Source of the DNA: Eledone cirrhosa
Lineage: Eukaryota
NCBI GenBank assembly: GCA_964016885.1
Contig: OZ024740.1
Coordinates: 73,904,001-73,968,000, forward strand
Direction: 5' to 3'
Length of the DNA stretch: 64,000 bases
Numbering within the stretch: the first letter of the stretch is position 1; each line of letters starts with the position of its first letter. This document shows positions 13,071 to 26,365 of the stretch, in pieces. Below the pieces are notes generated by a model. The model worked only from the letters and a program-made list of their open reading frames with translations. It was not told the DNA's origin and ran no database searches. The position numbers and the translations under genes are program-made.

Positions 13071-13329
13071 ATCATGCTGTAGATGAACATAAATAAATAA
13101 ACAAATAAATAGGTAAAAACTTTTTAAAAATAAGCATAAGTTTCATTGTAATGTAATGTTTGAATGTTTGACTTAGGTTTTTTTGTTTGTTTGTTTGTTT
13201 GTTTTTCTTTTCTTTACGTTTTTCGTTGCCGCTGTGCTGTTTTGATTTTTGATTTTTTGATTTTAGCTTCATGAGAAGTAGTGCTGTTGCGTTCAAAACT
13301 TTTGAAATTTGTTTCGACTTGTTACTTAT

Positions 13330-13745
13330 CATTATTATTTTATTATTATTATTATTATTATCATTATTATTTTATTATTATTATTATTGTTATTGTTATT
13401 TATTATATTTTTTTAATAAATAATAAATAATTTAATATTTAGTCAAAAAGAAAGTGGCATTGCAAAAGACTATAAATGAGAGGAAAAGGAGGGAAGGGCA
13501 AGGGGAAAGGGTGACAGACTCTACGCCTAAGTCAGGGTGGTGTTTTGACTGCGTCCCACAGACAAAATAGCAAAGGTATTGCCATTGGCTAGCGACACCT
13601 GCTGTAACAGCCACCCCACCTCATGGGGTTCCTTCCTCAGACGAGCTGCGGTTATTCTAATTTCACGGAGGTCTGCTGTATGGGGTCTGAGGATGCCTGA
13701 GGTCTCAACAGCAACCGGTGCAAAGAGGAAGCCCTGATATTTGCT
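13330..13745 (-). mobile_element. CRE-clade-like non-LTR retrotransposon 3' fragment with (TAA)n tail
   Basis: KYQGFLFAPVAVETSG..EVGWLLQQVSLA-NGN..IL resembles the CRE C-terminal pattern F.P.AVET.G..QR.S.A..RGN. Confidence 0.6.
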
Positions 13746-16681
13746 TATCTTCAACAAATATTTTATCAAAATTATTAACAAAATTTTTTCAATAGGTTTT
13801 GAAAACTTTCAGGAAAAAAAACAACACTATTTTGTTTTGTTCTATATGTCATACTTTGTTACTTTACTGCATTGTACCGGCTTTATGAAATCCTCACCAA
13901 CCAATTATGAGATATCTCATAATGCTTCATATATATATATATATATATAACAGGTTTCTTCACAGTTTCCATCTACCAAATTCATTCACAAGGTGCTGGG
14001 CTATCTGAGAATATAAAGACACCTTTCCAAGCTGCTACACAATGGTATCATACTCAAAACTATGTGGTTGCAAAGTGAACTACTACACAACCGTGTCTAA
14101 CTTTTAAGTTATTAAATAACACCATTGCAATAACAATACTTTTCAATGTCTCCTTGACACATATAAATCAAAGCATTCAAATATGCTTTAAAATAAACAG
14201 TGTGAATAATTTGGGTTTGTAATTGAGAGATTATAAACTGAAATCATGGTTGAATGCACAGTAGTTTCATACCTGACTATTAGCCAGGTTGATTACACTG
14301 AGTAACTCTATCACACTTTTCTTTGAAACTGAGAAGTGGATTTGTTTTTCTTCGGCCTTCGTATATCTTCTGCATTCACCATCTATGTCTTACTTCTTTT
14401 CAATATCACACTTCTCACATAGGCATCATACAATCTACCTTTTTTTGCCAATAGAGGTGGTAGCTTTGTCCTCTACTAATTAGATCATCTAAGTAACAGA
14501 AGCTATCAACTATTTCAGTGTTAAAAAAAATTTGGGGTACATCAGATATTCTCTTCATACTTAGAATAAATAAATTGCATCAAATTATCAGAAATGATAA
14601 TTTAATACCTTTATTTACTGTAAAATATTACAATTCATTTAATACCTCAGTTGATTTTGACAATGAATGCTCTAGTTTGACCAATGGAATGGCTTACTTG
14701 TTAAATTAATATATAAGTGACTGAATATTTCATAGGCATGTGAGCTCTCAATTCAATATAACACAGTGTTTGGCATGGTTAACCCTTTGTATTCACTGGT
14801 ATGGTTCATCCAACAGGCTTTAAAACAGTTTCCATCTACCCAATTTCATTCACAAGGTTTCACTCAACCCAAGATTTTGATGATTGCGAAGTGAACTGAC
14901 CACAAACATATATATACATGTGTGTGCATGCATAAATGCATGTATATATGTGTGTGCATGCATAAATGCATGTATATATGTGTGTGTTTGTTCGTATATG
15001 TTTGTGTCTTTATCCATATACATCTTCATGCTATCATTGCTTAAGCAAGCAGTGATGTTTGTTTATGTCACGCAGTTTAGCAGTTCAATGAAGATTGGCT
15101 GTAATGTCAGTGAAAATGCATCCTGCATGGAACATTTATCTTATTAATACATGTATACACAAGACACTAGTCTTGTGTATTTAATGACCAACAATAATAG
15201 CACTAATCAGTTGCTGAAAGGTTTTCACCCTCCCCACTACCATTCATCAGCTCTGCTTCTCTGATGGGCAGAATTCCAGGCATATGTTGCCTCATAGTCC
15301 CAATGGACAGAAATATACCACGCTTCAAAATAAAGTATGGGTTGGTATAGGGAGCATCTGGCCATAGACTACAGCCTCAAAGAGTTTCATCCTATTCATG
15401 CCAACATGAAAAAACAGACATTAAAATGATGATGATAGTGGTGATGGTGATGATTTATACATTTTTGCACTATTCAGAGAATCTATTTAAAAAAGTTCAA
15501 TCTGTACTCATTACCATTTGTATCTCAAGTAAGATCATGCTAAATTCAGTTTTATTCAACAAAATGCTGATCAGTGTAATTTGGATTTTATGACTGAACT
15601 TATTTTTATTCCTATTCTTCTAAGTTTAGTATTTTATGTTAATTTGCACTTTGTCAAAGTGGCTACTGGACTGACCAATATCCTGTAAGTGAATTCTGTA
15701 GACAGAAACTGTACAGAAGATGGTGCATATATATGTGCACATGCATGAGTGTATCTTTCCTTGCCTTGCATTTGACACTATTTGTTTTATGGCTCAGCAG
15801 TTTGTTAGGTGAAGATTTGTGCCTTGCTTAAAAACAAATAAAAATTGGTGTTAGGAAAAGTATCAGGCTATAGAATACTGCCTAAAAAATGTTCCATCTA
15901 ACTAAAGCCAGCATAGAAAAATATATGTGAAAACAATGTCCTAACACCCTGCCTTTCATCTATGTCCATCACACATCCTAACACTCATCCCCCTCACCCC
16001 CAGATCTTCCTCTTTAATCCCCACACACCTCCCTTGCCCAAATCTCCAGCCCACACTGTAAAGTGGCCATAGGTGACAACAAAAAGCACCCAGCCTACAC
16101 TGTAAAGTGGTCATGTAAGTGTCACGACAAAAAGCACCCAGCCCACACTGTAAAGTCATCATGTAGGTGACATGACAAAAAGTACTCAGCCCATACTGTA
16201 AATGTGGTTGGCATTAGGAAGGGCATCCAGCCATAGAAACCAAGCCAAAACCAGTCTTGTGTGAGCAAGACATGGTCATTGGACCTGGCTTGTCTCACAA
16301 TGGGGCAACCTATCTAACCCAATGCTAGCATAGAAAAATGGATGTTAAACGGTGATGATGATGATGATGATGATGATTTAAAAAAAATAACATTGTGACA
16401 AATTCTTTGTCTCTATTTATGGAATGTGTAACATTGAAATTGCTGAGAAAATAAGGTTTCAAAGGACTAACTCATAGGCCATCAGTTCAAATCCTTTGCA
16501 GAAGATTTATTTAGTCTTAGGGAAATTTGTTTAATCTTACATGCCTCAGATTCTCTAACTCTTAGAATCAGGAACAAGATCTGGGAAAATTTTCTTATAA
16601 TAAACTAGTATCTTATCCAGTGGTAGATTTATCTTTCATTAGTTTGATGCCATGAAACCTTAATTAATTAAGGTTTGGGTA

Positions 16682-17055
16682 TGTAGTAAGACGCCTCACG
16701 GCCCCTGGCGGATAATGGACCAGGCCTAGTTGTCTCCCCCTGGTTGAGAAACTCTTGGAGGTAACAAGCAGACAGCCACTGGAAAGCAGACGGCATACAC
16801 GCCACAGAAAACAGCCTCTGTACCACGAAACGATAAACAGCCACGGGAACACCAAACGCCACAATACCTTTGTAATTGTAACACATTCCTTCACCACAAC
16901 TGACCATGTCTATATTTGGTATGTTCCATTTGTAATATAATAAACACATATAAACAAAATAAACATCACCATTATTTACATTTGTTGAATATCTCGTTGT
17001 GGTTATTGTCTTGTTTACGCACACACCCACTCACTTGTTATAATTCTCACTTACA
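16682..17055 (+). mobile_element. Possible isolated LTR (TGTA..TACA) followed by AAAATGGT
   Basis: GC/CpG-richer island with canonical termini, an internal AATAAA and a PBS-like TGG just downstream; no TSD or second copy seen. Confidence 0.3.
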
Positions 17056-18451
17056 AAAATGGTAAATAGACGAGGGACCTTTCCACACGTCTATGTCGAT
17101 AAACAATCCAACTAGGATACTTCCTTTTACCACAGGTATATTGATATTTATAAGCTAGAGGTCATGTATCAGCCACAATAATTTGTCAATCAGAATAAGT
17201 TGGGTTTTTGTAGTTGTTGCTTGTGCTCTTATTTATGTATTAAGTTTAGATTAGGCACACCATATCACTGCATGTCATAAGAAGTGACTAAAGTGGAAGG
17301 ACTAAAGGGAATTTGGTAGTAAAATATTGCCTCATGCAAGCATGGAAAAGTTAATGTAAAAACAACATTGATGATGATAATACTAATCATGTATGAAACT
17401 AAAGATCTATATTTTTGCAAAGAGTGAACTATCTCAAAATAAAATTATTTATTATTGTTTTCTCTATTACTCAACCTCCCACCAACAATCAATATATAGT
17501 TACTACAGGTATTCTTCCTCCCCTACCATCCTATCCCTCTGTTTCATCCTTTGTTTTCATATTCATAATTTCACACTTTCATGAATGTTTTAGCCTAAAC
17601 CACTACTCTCATCATCATACTTCTTTGCTGCTATCCATTATTAGCTCTCTCCTACCATGATACATCCTTATTGCTCAACCTTCTACCAACAACCAACATA
17701 TAAATACCACTCTCTTCCCTACCATTCTACCACTGTTTTCCATTTCACACTCATATTCATACTCTCTCATTTAACCTATTGCCAATCATACCCCCTCTCC
17801 CATTTAAATCACACAGAACAGAAAAGATGTAGAGTGGAGATGACTCTTTTACTATGCAGGGGCCAAAGCAGCCTCTCTAATCTTGGTGCCATGATAAAAT
17901 GCACCAACATGCTTTAAAGTGAATAGCAATCGAACAAAGACAACATAGAGTAAAGAGGGCTCTTAAATCTTGTTGAGGACAACTTCTCTAACTTTCCTAG
18001 TGCTAGTCCCATGATAAAATGTATCTATTACAGTCTGTTATGTATTTGGTGTTAGGTAGGTAGTCATCTGTAGAAACTATGCCAAAAGTTGGAATATGCA
18101 AGCAAGATGTGGTCCTCCGATCTACCTAGGAGGGTTGTAACTTTGAACAAGAACTGATTTGGATATTAACAACCTACCCAACTCATACCAGAGTGGAAAG
18201 CAAACAAAATGCTAATGATGATGAAACTGAACAAATAATATAAGATATAAGTAAAAAGAACAAATTGTAAGCTGATAACTAGTACATCGATATTGGTATA
18301 AATGAAGTACTGCATGTCTAGTACATTATAGATGAATAGACAGTAGCCAATAATCAACTAAGTTCACACTATATGCAAATGAGCATCCCCATCAAATGTT
18401 CATCATGCAAAATTTATATAGGCTCTAGTCTATTTTTTATCTCAGTACTAG

Positions 18452-18512
18452 TTGAGCGAATTTCACTGATGAGAGATTAATGAATCTTGAAACAGCTGTC
18501 TGGCATTCTCAA
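18452..18512 (+). ncRNA. Minimal type I hammerhead ribozyme, intact core, GUC site
   Basis: Stem I TTGA..GAATTTCA/TGGCATTCTCAA; CTGATGA 18466-72; stem II GAGATT-aatg-AATCTT; GAAAC 18489-93; palindromic helix III ACAGCTGT; predicted cleavage after GUC (18500). Confidence 0.8.
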
Positions 18513-18781
18513 TGACTACTGAGATATCTGTGACATGTTCACAGAGCAAAAGAGAGAAAAATAATTTTTCATAACGAAAACAATTTTTTCTTTGTTTATG
18601 TTTTCATATATACCCCTATTATAGATGAAGTACTCGAAAAGGACTAGAGATTTTATCTAAACTGGGTTTTGAAATTAAAGAATAAATTGGAATAAAACAG
18701 CAATGGGATAATAGCATGTAAATGAAAATAAAATCAAAGTCAGGATCAATATCAGATTTTAAAATGCTTCATTCTGTATAG

Positions 18782-18890
18782 GCCTCTACATATCGCTGTT
18801 GTGCACAAGAATTTAGCAGTAATTGAATCTTTCTGCAAGTTGATTCAGCGAGCAGGGAAAACTGTTGATCGTTTTAATAAGAAGAGGCAT
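18782..18890 (+). CDS. Bcl-3-like IkB-family gene, internal exon (ankyrin repeat 1)
   Basis: TAG acceptor and GTAAGT donor; encodes xPLHIAVVHKNLAVIESFCKLIQRAGKTVDRFNKKRH; phase 2 in, phase 0 out. Absent from the ORF track. Confidence 0.9.
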
Positions 18891-19835
18891 GTAAGTATAT
18901 TTTCTTCCACTGTCTACCATATTGAACAGTTATTTTTCTCATTTGATATTGAATACAAATATAGACGTCCATTGACTTGAGGGACCCTCTACTCACTAGA
19001 AATATTAGCCTATTCTCCCTTAAATCATAATCTACAACAACAAAGACTTATATATACAAAAAGGTTGTGGTTGGAATGTCTTTTATCATAGATTTGTTCC
19101 ATCGGGGCTGACTTAGGGCTAACTAATGGTTTCTAATTTAGACTCAAGACCAGCAATTTGGGGTGGAGGAGAAAGTCGACTAAATCTGTCTTAGTACTTG
19201 ACTGGTACTTTATTTCATCAACCCCAGAAGGATGGAAGGCAAAGTTGGCCTCAGCAGAATTTGAACTGAGAATGTAAACAGCTGGAACAAATACTGAAAA
19301 ACATTTCTTACAATGCATTAACAATTCTGCCAATCTGCCACCCTACCTGAAGCTAAATAAGTCTTAGACACTGAGCAAGACACGGTCAACTGATTTAACT
19401 TGTCTCACAATGGGACAACTCATCTAACCCATGCTCGCATGGAAAAAAATGGTGATGATGATGATGATGACAATTATGATAAGCCCAGGAATTAGGAGTT
19501 ATAAACATTTTTTTTAATATTGATATTAAATAATAACAGTATCTCTCAATGTCTGTAACATAAAATTAGGAAGATTCGTTTATGTTAGCAAAAGATTGTT
19601 GAGACTTCATATTAGTTTGGTGGTTTTCAGTGTCTATTCAGAACAAAATAATATTGAAGATCTGCTGATAAAGTGTAATAATTGCTGTATAGCAAGAAAT
19701 TAGTGAAAGATGAAGACCTGTTAAAGTTAAGGAATGATGTATTTGATAATAGTATGATGTGAAAGTGAGATATAACTTGAGGTCTTGCTATAGTCAGAGT
19801 AAGAGAGAAAGGGATACAATAAAACATGAAATAAT

Positions 19836-20020
19836 TGTTTCTACTTCAGGCACAAGGCCAGCAATTACCCAGTGCATTACTGGTATTTATTTTATCGACC
19901 CCATAAGGATGAAAGGCAAAGTTAACCTCGGCAGGATTTGAACTCAGAATGGCAAGGGCCGTAACTCTATGTGTCAAAGCATGGCATCCGACCCTCTAAC
20001 GATACTGCCAATCCACCGCC
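19836..20020 (-). mobile_element. SINE family A with 19-bp target site duplication
   Basis: CAATAAAACATGAAATAAT at 19817-19835 and 20021-20039. Confidence 0.9.
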
Positions 20021-21404
20021 CAATAAAACATGAAATAATGAGACAAACAAAAGCAATGTCAGGCATGAAGAATAAGTTTGCAGTTCAGGTTCCTCATTTT
20101 GAATAAAATAAATTGTAAAACATAATGTGTGTGATAAGCTTTCTTTGGCCAAACTTTGTAGTTACACTTAATTTTTTTCTAAATAAGTAAAAAAAAGAAA
20201 CTAATTATGATGATAAATATTCATTGTAAAATCATATATCATTCATCTATACACATTTCTACTCTATGTTAATAATAAAACAGTATTTTTATAAAAGTAA
20301 TTTGTTTTTTAGTACTATTTAATAACTTAGTTGCAGTTATTGCCAGATGAACTGTATTTGAACCAGCCACCTTATGGACTTCACTCCTTATTTTCTGTTT
20401 CAATTTTACTCCTTTAGTTTTTAGCATTGCAATTCTTTTACATGGTTGTGAGGCTATTTTTCCATAGCCAGGATTTAGCTTCATATACGTCATATCATAA
20501 TCATATGCTGGTTATTTAGAGTCTTGTGGGGGAATTGAAGCTAACAATGTCTAGTTAGTATCTATGTTCTGGCAGGGAAGATTTCCCATTTAATTAAAAT
20601 TTTGCAGAGCTGGAAGCATAACTGATAATGAGAGATGCTAAGTGCATTTCAACAACACAAGATACACCACACAACCAATTACAAACTGTTATAACAAATA
20701 ACATAAGACATTTTAAGTAACACTTACATGATTATTTGGTATAACAATACTATGTCATGGTTTTCAAATCTATAATTCTTTTAGATATCAATATTTCCTT
20801 CTCAAATATTACAAAGAACAGGGACTCCAGCCAACAAAAATTAAGGACTCTGGTGTATATATATGAGTCAATTTCCATTTTATTTATTTGGGGGCATTTT
20901 ACAAAACTGTGTCATGTATATACATGTGACACACATGACAAAAATACATGTACAATACTACAATACATGATATAAAATATGAAATACACTAGACATTAAA
21001 AATATCATAGATATTTCATCAGACATCTATTTGTATTTTTTCTTGTGGATAATTCATATCACTTATTTATTAATATTACTCATTTAAATACTCCATTAGC
21101 AGATGCTTTGAATGGGTACGCCTTCTGGCATTCCACCAGAAGATGCCTATCCCTAGAGTCCTTTCTTTATTATATTTCTAATTGTCAATGGGTTTTGATA
21201 AATGAAAATTTGGAGGGATTTAATAAAATAACTAAATTTCCTCTTATTAAGCTGGTATTTGGAATGTAACAAAATGGTTCTTACAAAAAATGATAGGTTT
21301 AAGTCTGAGCACTTTGAAATATGCTGTTTTATGTCATAGAACTGGTCTCAGGTAGGTTGGTATAAAAAGGGTTAAAATTCTTTTCAATCAATTCTTTTTG
21401 ACAG

Positions 21405-21618
21405 ACTCCTTTGCATTTGTGTGTAAAAATGAATTATAGTAATGGTGTGAGGAAGTTAATTCAGATGGGTGCTGACGTGAATTTGTCTGATGGCAAAGGA
21501 AATTCTGCTATTCATGTAGCAGTTTTCTATTCCCACTTTGAATGTTTTGATGCCATCCTAAAAACATGTTCTTCACCAGAATGTAGTAAACCAAATTTAG
21601 ATTCCCATAATTATGAAG
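21405..21618 (+). CDS. Bcl-3-like gene exon (ankyrin repeats 2-3)
   Basis: CAG/GTAAG boundaries; TPLHLCVKMNYSNGVRKLIQMGADVNLSDGKGNSAIHVAVFYSHFECFDAILKTCSSPECSKPNLDSHNYE(G); phase 0 to phase 1. Confidence 0.92.
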
Positions 21619-22236
21619 GTAAGAGTTTCTAGATTAAATACAATCTATTTTCCCCTTTCTATGTATCATGTTTTCATGCTGACCAATGTTTTGCCAGTGA
21701 ATGTGGCACATGGCAACTAAAAGAAGTTCATCATGTGTGTGTGATGGTGTTAGTTTACTGACAATACTTTATCAACAACACTTAAAGCAACTGGTGATAT
21801 TTCTTCATGTCACCAGTGTAGCATTTTGATGAAAATGAAAAGTATATACCACACTTATAAATAAAGTATGGGTTTGCATCAGGAAGTGCATCTGGCCATA
21901 AAATATCTACCTCAAAGTTGCATGGAAACAAACAAGCATTTTAAGGCCATTTTTCCTGCTATAGCAGAGCTTAACCTTGCAGGCCTCATGAAAAGCTTTG
22001 TACCTTCATACCCATGCATTTTAGAGGTAATGTTTTATGACTAGATGCCCTTCTTGATACTAACCTATTTACTCATCTCTTACTACATGCAAATGTATGG
22101 TGTATCTGTTGTCAGCCAGATAGACACAGCATGGGAAATGGATGTAAAAATGATGACAATATTATGTAAGATTGCTGTAGCTGAATTTTTCTAACTTTTG
22201 TGTATTGTTGATACAAATATTTATTGTATTCATGTG

Positions 22237-24536
22237 TATAACAAGAATTGATGTGGTGTGTGACAAACATGTTGGATTGTAGCAGTTTTATTAATCACCG
22301 TTTAGCAGAGTTATTTAGATGTAGTGAGAAAGTAATGTTTGTTAATTTGTATGATTGTAGTTAAACATAAAAGGAATGTGCCATTGTACCAGGCTTGAGG
22401 CAGGCCAAAGTGCAAATCTCACCGTTACATATTGTACGTGTCGTTCCTTCGAAGTTCAGGATGCGAGAGAGATTCTTCAAATCCTCGCGGGGAATTTCTC
22501 CCTCAGGGCGCGTAGAGATACATTCTCTTCTGCTGGCACTGATTGGCTGAGCTGAGCCAAATCACGCACAGAGAATGTATGTGAGCCCGCGGAATGTAGG
22601 TCACTACAATACTCCCCCTCTAGTCGTAAGACGATACAGATTATTGAATCAGCAGGAAAAAATGCTGAAAGAGCACATCAGTGAAAAAATAATTGAACAG
22701 AAGAATGCATGCAAGAAAAAAAATGAGGCGCTAAGGGCCGTGTTGAGCCGCTGTGTCAAATGACTAGCTGTTTTGTAGTTTATACATGACCACCAAGGGT
22801 CTAACAGAAAACGGATAAAGTCTGACATGGGCGAAGTTGCTGTTCTTGCATTAAATGTTAATGGAAAGTGTTGTACCAGTAGCTGTGGATGAAGCTATTA
22901 TGGTAGTTTACCAGTGCTGGCAAGAAGATGATGGGTAGGCGAGAAAATGTCGGCCTCCCAGATGTATTGCCAAAAGTGCTAGGCAGCCAGGAAAAAATGG
23001 CTGGTTGCTTTGAAAAGAAAAAAGCAAGTTGAATCTGTAGGTGGGTAGTAGTTGCAGTGTAAATTCCATAATTCTGGCGAATCCATAGAAGTGGTGGAAA
23101 TGCTGACAGGTCCAGTTCCATTTGTTGTTTTCCCAGTGAGTCGGGTAAAGTAACAAGATGGAGGTTGTTATGCTATAGGACGATGAGTGTGCAACGAGAT
23201 GCGAAGCTGTTTGAATCCAGCTGCAATTAGCAGTTCTCGTGTTGCGGTGCCTGTTTGAATCCAGGTGAATTAAGCTCTATGAGTCGCTAGCATGTGTCGG
23301 CACCTCAACCAGGTGAAAAGGGATCGCGCAGAATATTACGTTTGAAGAACATATACTAAGAACAACATGTTGGTGTGTGTCAAAGAAATGTGTGTGCATA
23401 TGCAGGCATGTAATACAGCAAAGAATGTGTGGGTGCAGTCATATATACAATGATAAAAAAAAATTTTTTTTTCATATAATGCAGTTCTAAAAGAATAAAT
23501 GTCCGAACATTGCCTGTAAAAAGAGAAAGAATTGTTTCCTTAACAAAAAGTCCGATTTTTCTTTTCCTTAAAATTTCTTTGTGATCGCTCTTACTAGGAA
23601 GCTAGTAGAGTTGTTGTTATCAAAGCAAAGTCTCAGTAGAATCGAAGTCGCACGCCAAAGAGCTGAGAGTCACCATGTGAGTTTGGTGTTCTGCTTGCTT
23701 GTTATTGCAGAAAGCCGTATCGAAAGAAAAATGTCTCCGGGCTATAATTTTGAAAATACAGCCAATTTTTTCCTTTCCAAGATGTTGTTGTTGGCGGGTT
23801 CATAAAAGTTAAACCACGTGCAGTTCTTTTTTAAAAAAAAAACTACTTCCATTTTTTTTCTTAACAGTAGAGACGATGGAAGTAAACAATATGATGTGTG
23901 GTGGTTTGCGTCGGTAAAGGGTATGAAGCTGCCACAGTTATTCCGTTGTCTATGGTTAGTGGTTAACCGATGTTGTCGTTGCTGCTGATGGTAGTGGTGA
24001 TAGCTGCGGAGGACTTGTCGGTAGCCATTTTATAATTTCCTCGTGTTCGTTTTTAGAAACTTTTTTGTGAAATACTGCTAATTAATTTTTTTTATATATA
24101 TACAAAACACCAGTTCCTATTATTTTTTTTTTTTTTAGTGGGGTCACCAATTATAACAAGAATTGATGTGGTGTGTGACAAACATGTTGGATTGTAGCAG
24201 TTTTATTAATCACCGTTTAGCAGAGTTATTTAGATGTAGTGAGAAAGTAATGTTTGTTAATTTGTATGATTGTAGTTAAACATAAAAGGATTACAAAATG
24301 ATTGTACCAGGCTCGAGGCAGGCTGGCAGGCCAAAGTGCAAATCTCACCATTACATATTGTACGTGTCGTTCCTTCGAAGTTCAGGATGCGAGAGGCAGA
24401 TTCTTCAAATCCTCGCGGGGAATTTCTCTCTCAGGGTGCGTAGGGATACATTCTCTTCTGCTGGCGCTGATTGGCTGTGCTGAGCCAAATCACGCACAGA
24501 GAATGTATGTGAGCCCACGGAATGTAGGTCACTACA
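22237..24536 (-). mobile_element. Non-autonomous LTR retroelement (LTRs 22237-22608 and 24152-24536), intronic and antisense
   Basis: Direct repeats of 372 and 385 bp starting TGTAG on the minus strand; PBS TGGTGACCCC (24140-49); PPT AGAGGGGGAG beside 22609; TGTG flanks both ends; no recognisable gag/pol in the 1.5-kb interior. Confidence 0.88.
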
Positions 24537-24932
24537 TGTGCATCACAGTTTTTAGATTAGATGCACCATATCCCTGTATATTATCAGCAGCCACTGAAAG
24601 GATTGGTGCCAGGAATGGCATCTGGCCTTAAAATACTGCCCCCAAAAGTCCTGTCCCACTTAAGACAACATGGAAAAGTGGACATTAAAATGACAAGGTC
24701 AACGGTGATCACAATACATAAGAGAACATGCACATAATAAAAATGTTACTGAAATCCTCTCTATATTGGGTTTCCAATTTATAATGTTAGTCATGCATTA
24801 TAAACTTACTTAATGAAGCAGAAATGTTTTTTTCTTTGTAGTACAAACTATGTGCTGACCAACTAATTTTAACAATTTTCTATTTAATGTACCAACTAAT
24901 GGTGTATGTAATATAACAAAATCTATGCACAG

Positions 24933-25021
24933 GTTTAACACCCCTGCACACAGCTGTCCAACAGCACAACATAAAAATGATCAGAAAACTTTTAAAAGCT
25001 GGCGCTGACCCAGACAGTAAG
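24933..25021 (+). CDS. Bcl-3-like gene exon (ankyrin repeat 4)
   Basis: CAG/GTAAT boundaries; (G)LTPLHTAVQQHNIKMIRKLLKAGADPDSK; phase 1 to phase 0. Absent from the ORF track. Confidence 0.92.
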
Positions 25022-25216
25022 GTAATAAAAACATTTTTCTTTTTTGTTTTGTGAATTTTTGAAATTTAACTATAAGTTCATCACATTACATATCAGAAGG
25101 ATGGTGACAATACCAAAGAAATCAAAAGTGATCTTGCTATTGGACTAAATGTCCTAAATAGCATGAAAAAAGCTTTGGCAATGATGACAAATAGGCAAAT
25201 CCAAGAGCCTGTATCT

Positions 25217-26250
25217 TTCCTGGGTTTATTGACATACACCTTATCCTTCAGATAGCTCCAAAGAACGAAATCTGGGGGGCTTAAATCATGCTGTGTGGGA
25301 CGCACTCAAAATCAATCTTGAAACTGATCACACAATTTCCAAAGTTATTTTTCAGCCATTCTCATGACTCATTCATTGACAGTATGAGAGCTTGCTGGAA
25401 CCAGATCTTATTCATTAGAGATAGGTACATGGTCTGTAGCTCCATTTCGATGTCTTCCAGGACTGCCACAGTAACTGTAACTGTAGCAGTGATACCATTT
25501 TCTTTGGAGAAGAATGGGCCAATCAATATTTTCTCAGAAATGACAGCCCAGACTACATTTAGCAGAGTGGAGAGGTTTTACAACCACTTCAGTTGGTTTC
25601 TCTGACCCCCAGAATACATTGTTTTTAGAGTTGATCTTCCCCTCTAAGTGAAAGTGAGCTTCATTAGAGGTCCACACCAGATTAAAAAAATTGGGGTTTT
25701 CCATCTTCTGTATTTAGCCTATTTATAGCCTTTCAGCTGCAATGAGCTTTTGTTTAGTCTGTATTCAGTAGGGATACTTCTTAAGATCCTCTTTGACAAC
25801 TCTTCTGCAAGTTTCTATGGATAGACCCAAGGATTGGCTTCTGTTATTTTGGGCTTTGTTCAACAGACTTTTGGACCATGTCAATAACTTCCCAAGTACA
25901 TTTCTTGGGTCGTCCAGAGTGAGTAGTACAATCCTCTGACATTGTATTGAGGTTCTCCATTGTCCCATAGATCTCAAACCTCTTCCTCCAGTTTTGTATA
26001 TTGGCTTTAAAGGGAGATTTATTCATTCAAAAAATGCATGAAATTGCTCCTGGACCTGCTTATATGAGCCACACTTATAGTAGTGTTTCACACAGAAAAT
26101 CCAGTGTTGAAGATCCCATTGGGGTTCTGTTGTCTTCTCAGACCTTGTATCTGCCATGTCCTGAAATCTAAGGTTGATTGGTTAGAAAATGAATGTGCAA
26201 TAACACAAAACATGTGCAGGGGCCAGTTTTTTTTTGGTAGTCCTTTGAAT
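25217..26250 (-). mobile_element. Degenerate Tc1/mariner transposase remnant inside an old LINE fragment
   Basis: DLSPPDFVLWSYLKDKVYVNKP, SGRPK and LGLSIETCRRVVKEDLKKYPY motifs in broken frames; boundaries approximate. Confidence 0.7.
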
Positions 26251-26365
26251 GAGAGGAATGCACAAATAATGGAATCAAAATGGAACTGAACATTCCAATG
26301 ATTGTCTATTATGACATGTAAAGAAACAAAAGCTGAAATATTTTGGCCACATGATAAGACATAAT

